Positions 31,920-41,100 of a stretch of DNA of 64,000 nucleotides are shown one piece after another. The notes beneath the pieces are model-generated. The model was given only the letters and a program-made list of their open reading frames with translations. It was not told where the DNA came from and searched no databases. The DNA is taken from positions 1,157-65,156 of the forward strand of contig JACQNI010000078.1 of the NCBI GenBank assembly GCA_016203135.1, read 5' to 3'. Origin of the DNA: Candidatus Woesearchaeota archaeon (lineage in GTDB: Archaea; Nanobdellota; Nanobdellia; SCGC-AAA011-G17; JACPNG01). Every line of letters begins with the position of its first letter. Position 1 is the first letter of the stretch. A program made the translations under genes and the position numbers.

Positions 31920-32132
31920 TTAACCTACCTCAATTTGTTGCAACCCTAGAAATTTTGTTTCTATTTTTAATGGCTTTTTAACGTCTAAGTAGAGTTCTAT
32001 TGCTTCTTTAGTTCTCTCTATTAATTCATCATAAGTTTTAGCTTGGGTATGACATCCAGGAAGTTCAACTACCTCAGAAACTAAGTATCCATCTTCACCT
32101 TGCTCCACAATAACATTAAATATCTTGGCCAT
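31920..32132 (-). CDS. hicB: HicB antitoxin
   Basis: MAKIFNVIVEQGEDGYLVSEVVELPGCHTQAKTYDELIERTKEAIELYL (UPF0150/HicB fold). Adjacent to hicA. Confidence 0.7.
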   Translation of the reverse strand: MAKIFNVIVEQGEDGYLVSEVVELPGCHTQAKTYDELIERTKEAIELYLDVKKPLKIETKFLGLQQIEVG

Positions 32133-32442
32133 ATTTGTATTATATTATTTGAGTTTATATAATTTTCGGAGAAAAGTATCCGTTAGCTAACTCCAGATGA
32201 AACATATCCCAAAAAACCTACTAAGAGACAGAGAAGATCTAAAGAAATAAGGATATAGGTTTCACAAAAACTTTTCATTTTTCCTATGGAACCTATGGAA
32301 AATCGAATTTAGTTAAAAATAGTTTTCAATGCCTATAATGCCTATTAATTAAAGATTCTCCATTTCATGAAAGGTTAATTAGCTAAACGGATACAAAAAA
32401 TAGAAAGATATATAAGTAAGATATAGTTTACTTATCCTACCG

Positions 32443-32715
32443 GTGATTCATATGCAAGTCGAACTTACTAGGATATCTGAAAAAGGACAGGTTGTTATAC
32501 CATCCTCATTAAGGAAGGAAATGGGAATTAAGAAATCTGATCAATTTATGATATTTGGAGAAGGGGGAACATTAATTTTAAAAAAAATAGAAACTCCTGC
32601 AATGAAGAGAACATTTGATGAAATTGTAAAACCATTACAAAAGGCAGCAAAGAAGGCAGGATTAACAAAAGAAGATTTAAAGATAGCAATTAAAGAAGTT
32701 AGAAATGTCTCCTAA
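32443..32715 (+). CDS. AbrB/SpoVT-type antitoxin (VapB-like)
   Basis: ISEKGQVVIPSSLRKEMGIKKSDQ swapped-hairpin motif. Overlaps the downstream PIN gene. Confidence 0.65.
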   Translation: MIHMQVELTRISEKGQVVIPSSLRKEMGIKKSDQFMIFGEGGTLILKKIETPAMKRTFDEIVKPLQKAAKKAGLTKEDLKIAIKEVRNVS

Positions 32716-33124
32716 ATTAGTTCTTGATACCAATACAATTGTTTCTGCATTCTTTTGGAAAGGAAATGAATCAAGGTTATTTAGGAGGGTTGAACAGGGC
32801 AAGGCAAAGTTATATACTACTATTGAAATTCTTAATGAAATTGAAGATGTAATAAGGAGACCAAAATTTAATGATGTTATGGTTAAAGCAAATTTAACTC
32901 CAGATCAGATCATACAAAAAATTGTTTCACTTTCTCATTTGGTTATTGCTCCAAAATTGAATATAAAAGTTTGCAGGGATGAAAAAGATGATAAATTTCT
33001 TGAATGTGCTGAAAGTGCAAAAGTAGATTATATCATTAGCGGAGATAAAGATTTGCTTGATTTGAAAGAATACAAAGGAATTCTTATTATCAGGACTACT
33101 AGGATATTGGAGTTGTTGAAGTAA
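32705..33124 (+). CDS. PIN-domain toxin (VapC-like)
   Basis: LVLDTNTIVSAFF ... CRDEKDDKFLECA ... IISGDKDLLDL conserved acidic positions. Confidence 0.7.
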   Translation: MSPKLVLDTNTIVSAFFWKGNESRLFRRVEQGKAKLYTTIEILNEIEDVIRRPKFNDVMVKANLTPDQIIQKIVSLSHLVIAPKLNIKVCRDEKDDKFLECAESAKVDYIISGDKDLLDLKEYKGILIIRTTRILELLK

Positions 33125-33137
33125 TGAAAGGATAGTA

Positions 33138-33150
33138 CGCCGAGGCAGGG
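33138..33150 (+). repeat. 13-bp direct repeat CGCCGAGGCAGGG identical to the 3' end of tRNA-Ser(CGA) at 48519-48531; putative distal attachment site
   Basis: Exact 13-mer, GC-rich in an AT-rich context. Left flank GATAGTA equals the 3' flank of the paralogous tRNA-Ser(GCU) gene (51881-51887), consistent with an original chromosomal tRNA flank. Confidence 0.55.
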
Positions 33151-33286
33151 CACTTAGAAATTGTTTAATGCCTTTCTTATTGGTATAGTAGATTAAGGGC
33201 TATATAAAGGTTGCTCCAGCTAGTTATTAAATAGAATAAATACCCAAAACGCAATATTAATAAACAATAATTACATTACTTAAACT

Positions 33287-33511
33287 ATGGCAAAAAACTT
33301 TCATGTAATAATAGAACAAGACGAAGACGGAGTCTATGTAGGCAAGGTATCTGAACTAAAAGGATGCCTAACTCAAGGCGATACTTTGGATGAGCTTATG
33401 AAAAACATCAAAGAAGCCATTGAATTATGCTTAGAAGTACAAGCAGAAGAAAAAACAGAAATTGAAGAGGACCAGATAAAGTTTGTTGGAGTGCAAGAAG
33501 TCGAGGTATAA
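33287..33511 (+). CDS. hicB: HicB antitoxin (second copy)
   Basis: MAKNFHVIIEQDEDGVYVGKVSELKGCLTQGDTLDELMKNIKEAIELCLE, paralogous to the 31920..32132 product. Confidence 0.7.
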   Translation: MAKNFHVIIEQDEDGVYVGKVSELKGCLTQGDTLDELMKNIKEAIELCLEVQAEEKTEIEEDQIKFVGVQEVEV

Positions 33512-33513
33512 CC

Positions 33514-33741
33514 TTGAAGCTTCCCATACTATCTTCTAAAGAAGTATGCAAATTCTTAGAGAAAGAGGGATTCATAGCTATAAGGCAGAAAGGCAGCCAT
33601 AAATTCTATAGACATCAAGATGGGAGAACAACATTAGTGCCTATGCATACAAATAAACCAATAAGCAGGGGACTTCTTAGAGGGATATTAAAAGAGATTA
33701 AGATGGAAAGAAAAGAATTTTTAAGAAAGTATGAATTTTAA
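33514..33741 (+). CDS. hicA: HicA toxin (second copy)
   Basis: SKEVCKFLEKEGFIAIRQKGSHKFYRHQDGRTTLVPMH. Confidence 0.75.
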   Translation: MKLPILSSKEVCKFLEKEGFIAIRQKGSHKFYRHQDGRTTLVPMHTNKPISRGLLRGILKEIKMERKEFLRKYEF

Positions 33742-33747
33742 TAACAT

Positions 33748-35730
33748 TCAAATGCCTTCTATTAACATCTTCTGAGCTTTTTGTATTATCCCTTGTAAAT
33801 TCTTTTCTAACTCTGCCTTGTTTTTATAACCATATTTAATTTTCATCTCCTCTGGAGATAAACTTTCTTTTCCTTCTAAACCATAGTTATCCACGAGTAA
33901 ATTATATTCTGGTTTTGTAAGGTTTTCTTTAAGTCTACTTGATACATATTCAATTAGGTCTCTTTCTATAAGTCTTTCATCGAATCTATCATAGGATGCT
34001 ATAGTGTCTTCTAATAAGGTCTTGTTTCCATCTTTATAAGTATGAACTACTTTCTGTAAAGAAACAAGATTTACGTCTTTATAATGTTGGGATATTTCAT
34101 ATTGCATACATCTATAACAGTAAGCACCAAAATCATCTAAATCAAACCCTGGATTTGTAAAATGCTTAATTGCGCCAAACAAACCAATCCTTGCAAAAGA
34201 GTTCTTGTCTTCAATAGGAGCATCTCTATAATGATTAAAAGTAAGATTTTTTATCTTACTTTCATAATGTTTCAATAAAGTTTCTATTGCTTTCTGATTA
34301 TTTCTTTTAGCTGCAAGCAGAACATGTCTAAAATCTTCATTTCCAGAGATTCCCTGTACAAATGCTCTTTCAACTAAAGATTCATCAATTTCTTCTTTTT
34401 GAAAATCTCTGTTTGCTTTAGCAATTCTTAACGTAATTGGTTTTACAAAAGTAGCTTTTGGATCTATTTCTATGTCATATTCATTTCTAAGAAGGTTTCT
34501 AATAAATAAATCATATTTCATATCCTCCAATCTTTCTCTTAAATGAGTTATGTCTCCTTCAGGAATCAGCCATATTTTTTTATCGACATCAAATCCAAAT
34601 TCTTTAATTAATCCCACGCTTTCTTCCAATTTTTTTAAACTATGTCTATTGAGATCGCTCCATAATTTTTTTGAAACATTATCTTCAGTAATTCCATTAT
34701 TAACTAACAATTCAATTTTTCCATTTCTTCTAACTTCCCATGTTGGAGGGACATTAGGTTGCTCTTTTCTCTCTGTTTTAAAATGTTCATGTACATATTC
34801 TCTAAACTTTGGTACTCCACCATAATGCTTCCATAAGTATAAATTGAGGCTTTCTTTACTAGAACTCTTAAGTTGATCTTTAGTTGGAACTACAAAATAT
34901 CTTTCTTTTCCTCCTTTATCAACAAATTTATAACCAAACCCTTGTAAATGTTCTTTTGTATAATATTTTTCACTTACTTCTGCACATATTTCTATTATAG
35001 CCTCTAAAATATTTTCTTTGCTAGCACCAGAATTGACTCCTAGTTTATGGTAAGGGGAACTGTCATTCACTCTTTTACTTGCTTCTGCAGCTCTCTTTAT
35101 AGTTGATGGACTTTCTAATAATATCCAAGGTCTGTCTGCTGGATGCAACCCGACTTCACGTATGAATCCTAACCTGCTTTCAAGAGTTTTTATTGAAGGT
35201 TTCTTATATTTTTTAAAATGATCTTCAGTTATTTTTCCAACCCCTGGTTTTATTCCATGTGCAAGTAGAAAATTTTCTCTATCCTCTTCATTATCTCTTT
35301 CGACATTATAAAAAGGGTTTGTTCTTCCTGTTTTGTCTGTTTTTGGTAGAATTAGGGATACTAATATTTTATTTCCATGAAATTCTTTAATAGCATTAGC
35401 TAAATCTGTGTAATTTTGAGATACCAGAAAATCTATAGAGAAAGATTTTCCACTTAATTCACCTTTATATGTGTTGTATATCCTAAGTAATTCATGTCTA
35501 GTTCTTTCATAATCTTCATATTGGTTCTCCTGAGAAGGTTGTTCTTGAGTTTGTAAAACCTCTTCAAAAGGGAATTCTGGTTTTTCAGTAGTGCTATAGG
35601 CTAAACCTTCTTTAATTTGCCTAGCTTTTTTAATAGATCTCTCTAGTTCTAGTTCTTGTTTCCCAGGAAATCTCTTCCTTCCAACCCTTCTACTATTGAG
35701 CCTTCTCCTTCTTTTCTTGGTTATTCCCAT
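33748..35730 (-). CDS. large (660 aa) protein with C-terminal sigma-70-family-like region (regions 1.2/2 and 4) and Arg-rich N-terminus
   Basis: AFVQGISGNEDFRHVLLAAKRNNQKAIETLLKHY resembles region 1.2-2.1 (A..GD..A...L...N.RLV..iAk.Y). IEDKNSFARIGLFGAIKHFTNPGFDLDDFGAYCYRCMQYEI resembles region 2.2-2.4 (DLIQEGNIGLMKAVEKFD...F.TYA..WIRQAI). LTKPEYNLLVDNYGLEGKESLSPEEMKIKYG..AELEKNLQGIIQKAQKML resembles the region 4 HTH. The roughly 430-aa N-terminal part is unassigned. Confidence 0.5.
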   Translation of the reverse strand: MGITKKRRRRLNSRRVGRKRFPGKQELELERSIKKARQIKEGLAYSTTEKPEFPFEEVLQTQEQPSQENQYEDYERTRHELLRIYNTYKGELSGKSFSIDFLVSQNYTDLANAIKEFHGNKILVSLILPKTDKTGRTNPFYNVERDNEEDRENFLLAHGIKPGVGKITEDHFKKYKKPSIKTLESRLGFIREVGLHPADRPWILLESPSTIKRAAEASKRVNDSSPYHKLGVNSGASKENILEAIIEICAEVSEKYYTKEHLQGFGYKFVDKGGKERYFVVPTKDQLKSSSKESLNLYLWKHYGGVPKFREYVHEHFKTERKEQPNVPPTWEVRRNGKIELLVNNGITEDNVSKKLWSDLNRHSLKKLEESVGLIKEFGFDVDKKIWLIPEGDITHLRERLEDMKYDLFIRNLLRNEYDIEIDPKATFVKPITLRIAKANRDFQKEEIDESLVERAFVQGISGNEDFRHVLLAAKRNNQKAIETLLKHYESKIKNLTFNHYRDAPIEDKNSFARIGLFGAIKHFTNPGFDLDDFGAYCYRCMQYEISQHYKDVNLVSLQKVVHTYKDGNKTLLEDTIASYDRFDERLIERDLIEYVSSRLKENLTKPEYNLLVDNYGLEGKESLSPEEMKIKYGYKNKAELEKNLQGIIQKAQKMLIEGI

Positions 35731-35870
35731 TTAGGCTTATAAGTTGGCTATATTTATAAAACTTTTGTTATTAGTTTCTTTTTAGTAGTAACTAAATAGG
35801 CTCTGTCCTAAATCTTAATATCTATCAATTTTAAGATAGAGTCATCTATAGGCTTTACTGCAGAACCTAA

Positions 35871-36092
35871 ATGATATTAATATATAAACCATTAAATTTT
35901 ATCAATAATATGGATAGGTACTTACGAGAATATTTCTTAGTCTTTCTTTCTGCAATGGATGGTGCAATAATTGGGGCTTTATTTAATCTAACGGTTAATA
36001 TTAATTTCTCTGGAGCAGCCATTTTTTTATTATTTAGTTTCTTTATTATTATAACTATTTTTGTTGGATTAATTGCTTTTCGTATAATTTAG
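35871..36092 (+). CDS. small membrane protein (73 aa)
   Basis: Two predicted hydrophobic helices. Weak. Confidence 0.25.
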   Translation: MILIYKPLNFINNMDRYLREYFLVFLSAMDGAIIGALFNLTVNINFSGAAIFLLFSFFIIITIFVGLIAFRII

Positions 36093-36157
36093 GAAGAAAA
36101 ATTGAAAAATGAGATTATAATGATCATGGTGAGTCTAATAAATCAGAAGTTTATTAT

Positions 36158-37198
36158 TTAAGATAATGTGGTTGTTTTAATGTAGTCTATTAGTTTTTTC
36201 CCTCTATTATATAATTCAGTATAAGTAATAATTTCTACATTGCTCAGATGGCTTGAGAAGATTCTTCTGTCTTGAATTTTATCTGTTTTTTGTTTACCTA
36301 TAACAATAAGAGATTTTGGTTTAAAGATATTTTTAATATTTTTAGTATCACATATGTGTAGATAAGTAAAAACTTGACCGATTGCTTCTGAAAACTTTTG
36401 ATTTGGTTTGCTTCTTTTTTCAGTTCTTCGGTCAAATAGATTCTCATTTGGGCCTTTTAACTCTACTAAATCATAAAAGTTATCATATCTTTGTAACATT
36501 ATATCAAATTGATAATCTTTTTTGCCAGGTGGGAACCAAACTTTATGCTCAATTCCAATATATTCTAAACCAAAAATCCAAAAGATATCTTTATTAGCAA
36601 TAAAATAATTGTGAACATCGGTCTCTGTTGATTTAGAACTATCGATAAGAGTCTTGAATTTTTTAAGCTTATTCTCGTAGTCTTTGACATTAGACTTCAT
36701 TATGTTAAATCGTCTTTTGAAAATATTTAACTGGACAATATTTGATGATTCTAGGTCTTTAATTTTTTTGAATTTTGCATTGAGCTCACTAATCTCATCT
36801 TTTTTCCTTAAAAAGTTTTTATATTTTTCTTTTGGAAGAACAACAAAATTTGGGTTGCTAAGCCCATCTCCAATAATTGCGTTTACTATTTCAGAAGTGA
36901 GGGACCATTCTTCCATTGATCTTATATTGTAACTTCTAAAAATTCTCCAGTATTTAATTTTCTTATTTTTCTTATCATTAATTGCTCTCCATTTTGTTAC
37001 TCTAATAACTCTTTTATCTGTCAATTTGCCAGAAGTTCTATCTCTTTCGTAGCATTCATCTACACTATAAAGCCAGACACTATTACTTGATAAAAGAACT
37101 GGATATCTGTTAATTAATTCATAGAACTCACTTTCAATAAATGTCCTCTCATTGCAAGTTAAAATTTTATCCATAACATTCTGGATGGGGTGTAGCAT
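36158..37198 (-). CDS. Shedu-like (DUF4263) PD-(D/E)xK nuclease, candidate defence gene
   Basis: C-terminal YQFDIMLQRYDNFYDLVELKGPNENLF...KFSEAIGQVFTYLH...PKSLIVIGK matches the DUF4263 pattern (D..D..ELK / ..A.sQ...Y / iIVIGr). Variable N-terminal domain. Confidence 0.5.
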   Translation of the reverse strand: MLHPIQNVMDKILTCNERTFIESEFYELINRYPVLLSSNSVWLYSVDECYERDRTSGKLTDKRVIRVTKWRAINDKKNKKIKYWRIFRSYNIRSMEEWSLTSEIVNAIIGDGLSNPNFVVLPKEKYKNFLRKKDEISELNAKFKKIKDLESSNIVQLNIFKRRFNIMKSNVKDYENKLKKFKTLIDSSKSTETDVHNYFIANKDIFWIFGLEYIGIEHKVWFPPGKKDYQFDIMLQRYDNFYDLVELKGPNENLFDRRTEKRSKPNQKFSEAIGQVFTYLHICDTKNIKNIFKPKSLIVIGKQKTDKIQDRRIFSSHLSNVEIITYTELYNRGKKLIDYIKTTTLS

Positions 37199-37356
37199 TT
37201 AAATTTATTGAAAAATAACCTAATTTCCCTGAAATTGATTTGCTCTAAAAATTTTGTAACCGTTAAATTGCCGTTAGGCGTCCAGAACGAAATATGAACT
37301 TATAAGGCGAACTGGGGAGTGAAACGACAAATAGTATGACGCAGATGGCTACCTTA

Positions 37357-38097
37357 TTAATTGTATGTGAACTTCCTTATTTCAATTAACAAAAAAAGAA
37401 TGCCTGCCCAAGCTAATAATAAAAGAAGATTTTTAGCAAGTACTATCCAAAAATTTGGTCTAACATATATTTCTGCAGTGATTTCGTTCCATCCTTTCAC
37501 TTGTAGTTCTGGGCAATCTTTTATCGGATTAGATTTTAAATACTCAACAACCATATCATCAGGAGGATATCTAATTTTATTGTTAATTCTTAAGTTGATT
37601 CCTTTTTTTGTATTGTGAAGTTCACATTTCTCTTTTCTAGGATACACATAAATATCTCTTTCACTTTTTCCATTCATACTAGTTTCATAAATAGTAAAAA
37701 TGGTTGGAGATTCAAGGGTTGTTGGAATTTTACAAATATATAATTTAGCATCAAAATTATGGTAGCAAACATCATGCCAACCTAATCCTATTACATTAAA
37801 TAAATTATTAAAAATAGTTCTGATCACTGATGGATTTTTTAGTTCATCAGTTTGAATTGAAAAAATATTATTTTCTAAAGTGATAATATCTGAATTTTTA
37901 AAATAGTCATAACTATAATTAAAACTATCTATTTGTGAGGCGCTTTCTTTATAATTTATTGTTGTATTAGCATAAATTAAACGCTGCTTTTCAAAAGGTG
38001 TAATGATAAATAGGAATGAAATCAAAATTGGAAGTATTAGTATCAATAAATTTATCCACTTAATTCTTTTTTTATCTTTATTTTTCATAATAGACAA
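37357..38097 (-). CDS. membrane protein with N- and C-terminal TM helices (246 aa)
   Basis: Hydrophobic segments near both ends. Confidence 0.4.
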   Translation of the reverse strand: MSIMKNKDKKRIKWINLLILILPILISFLFIITPFEKQRLIYANTTINYKESASQIDSFNYSYDYFKNSDIITLENNIFSIQTDELKNPSVIRTIFNNLFNVIGLGWHDVCYHNFDAKLYICKIPTTLESPTIFTIYETSMNGKSERDIYVYPRKEKCELHNTKKGINLRINNKIRYPPDDMVVEYLKSNPIKDCPELQVKGWNEITAEIYVRPNFWIVLAKNLLLLLAWAGILFLLIEIRKFTYN

Positions 38098-38198
38098 ATA
38101 ATCTGATTAAATATAAGTTTTTGCATATTTCGGGTGGTCGTTGAGTAATATTTCACATAATAGGTTATTTTTAATTATTTTATTTAATTCTACAAATT

Positions 38199-41100
38199 TT
38201 ATTCTTTTTTTTTAAATAATCTTTTAATTCTAAACCTTAATTTTCTTACTATTCTTGTGCGAGTTAAAAATGTTAGTGTCAAAATTAACACAACCCAAGA
38301 GATTATAGTAGACCATACCCCATTATTTCCAGAAAGAACACCTATTGCAGCCCCAGTTGGAGGTCCTGGATTAGTAAAGAATGCTTTAATTCCATTCCAT
38401 ACTTTAGCAAAGAATCCTTGGGTAGTTTGTTCTTGAGCTTCTAAAACTGGTTCTTCTTTAGGTTCTTCTTGTAATGTTTCAGGAACCGCTTCTTGTGGTT
38501 CTTCTCCATCAGGTATAGGAAAATCAAATGTTGGAGTTGGTTGAGGTGTAGGCGTTACACTTCTAGAGCTACTACTTCCCCCACCACCGCCTCCCCCTCC
38601 TCCCCCAGAAGATCCGCCTGGAGATCCAGTATCTACTCCAGTACTACAACTTTGGGATTCTTGGGGTTTATTATTTGTAGTTCCACATAAATTAGAGTCA
38701 GTACAGGTTCTAGTTTGGGTTCCACTAGTACAAGAGCTCCATTCAGAACATGTCCATGACTCATCGCAAGATTCTTGTTCTTTAATTCCTGAATGTTTTA
38801 AACCGCTTATTTTATACGAGTTATTTACAATCTCACAACTGTAAGTAAAGTTTGAACCTGGGCATAAAACTAATAATTCATCTTCTTTAATACAAGAATT
38901 ACTAATCTCTGTTAGATTAGTAATTTCTTGATCTTTAAGGCATAGTTTACTTGTATTTGATATAATGTCTACGTATACCGTCTTATTACTTCCATTCAGA
39001 TCTAAACCACGAATAAGAAGAGAACCAAAACTACTGTTATTTTCTTGTTTTTTAATAGTTAAATTCTTTATGTTGATTGTAATATTTGGTAATTCTATTC
39101 TTGTTTTATTATTTTCTTTTAAAATTAATTTATCCTTTATTTTTCCTAGATTTATATTATCTAAATTATTTTTAATTTCAGTTATATTTCCAATAAAGCC
39201 ATCATTATCAAAATCACAGGAATAAGTGTTGTTTTGAGGTCTACCTAATAAATCTGAATTCAAACCAGTCTTATTATAACAAGAATTATTGTCAATGAAA
39301 TAATTTTTAAATATTTCATCTTTTTGACATGGTGTAAATGATTCTATCCATTTTGGAGTGCAAAAATCGCATATTAAAGGTTCAAATTCAGAAAAATTTC
39401 CTAGATATAAGTCAGATTCTAAACCAGTTTTATTATAACAACTAAAGGTATCATTGACTAAATTACATGATTGTGTATCATTTGCTGAACATTTATTATA
39501 CCCCCCACAAGTAAAATTCGGTTTACAAAAATCACATTTCCCAATGATGTTCAATGGTTTGTTTTTATTATCATTACAACTATTAATATCAAAATAATTT
39601 TTAAATTGTTGATCATTAGAACTACATTCTGACCAGGTGTTATTTAAGACCCAATTTGGAGTGCATAAATTAATTTCATAAAGACTAGTTTCTGCGGCTT
39701 TTATTTCTACTTTTCTGTTAGTGTCTTGACCATTTACAAATAACGAATAATTTCCTTCTGGAATAGTTAAGCCATAATCTTCCTTATTATCATCATAATT
39801 AAAGTGATAAAATATTTTTGATGTTGGGTTTTGTGTAAATTGATACTCTATTGAACTATTAACAATTTTGACTTGACCATTAAAGGTTTCATTTACTTTA
39901 ATCAAAGCAGTCCCTTCTCCAAAAGGATTATTCGCATTATTTGAATTAATATATACTTCATCATGGTTAAGATAACTACCAAAATTATTTTGATTAGTCA
40001 TAAATTGGTCTATCAAACCAATCACGTTATCTAAGTTAGTTGTTGTGTTTAGATAATCTTCAATTAGAGGTCTTAGAACTGAAGACCAAGCCTGTCCCGT
40101 ATAATGGTCTAAAATCATATCCCAAAAACCATGTTCCCATAATTCTATTTGTGTATATATTGTTTTGTGATTTCTATTTATAACTATTAATGGAAGATTG
40201 TTATTTATCCTTGATGCACTAGAGACTGAAACTAAATCATCTGAGTCATCAGCTTCAAAAGGTAAACATGGGATATCTTGATTTTTACCAGCAATAATCA
40301 AAGTATCAACATTTGATGTGGTGTTTTTTATATTCAACTTCCAAATAAAATCACTACCTATCGCAAGGTCTGTATATGCTGGCGCATCTTGATTCCAACT
40401 AATAAAAGGTTTTCCAAACAATAACCATCCGCCGACCTCATTTATTACTTGACACGCTAAATTCATGCCTTCATCATATATTATTCTATTTGCTAAATAT
40501 GAACCATAATTCGGTGGGGCAAGCATTAGCAACTTACTCACATCATCATGATAAGATATGTTTTTACCGTTTGGGTCGGTAGCAATTCCTTCGATGTAAG
40601 ACCTTGTTACTAATCCCCCCATACTATGAGATACAATTTTAACTTTTGAAGAAGTGTAAAAAGAATTAACATAAGAAATTCCATCAGACAACAAAGTACC
40701 AGAATAATCTATCTTTTGGTCATTTGGATAATAAAATTTCCAAACATCATAACCTTTTGCGATTAATTTATCTTCAAAGTGTCCATCAAAATATCCACTT
40801 TCTCCATTTAATCCATGAACTAAAATTAATGGTTCATTATTAACATTCAAATTCTTTCTTGGTGCTTCTAAGAATGAAACCTGATAAAAACTAGAACTTA
40901 TGCTTGCAACAGAAAAAGCGTTGGTATTGATAGAATTTGTAGTTTCTAACAATTCATTAAGTTCTTTTTCTTCTTTAAACTTTTCAAATGGTTTTATCTC
41001 TAGTGAAGAGTTTATTTTATAATATTGGTAATTGAAAGATTCTTTTATGAGGTTTGAACTTGGAACTAAATAAAAACTTTCTTCACTACCTCTTTTCCAC

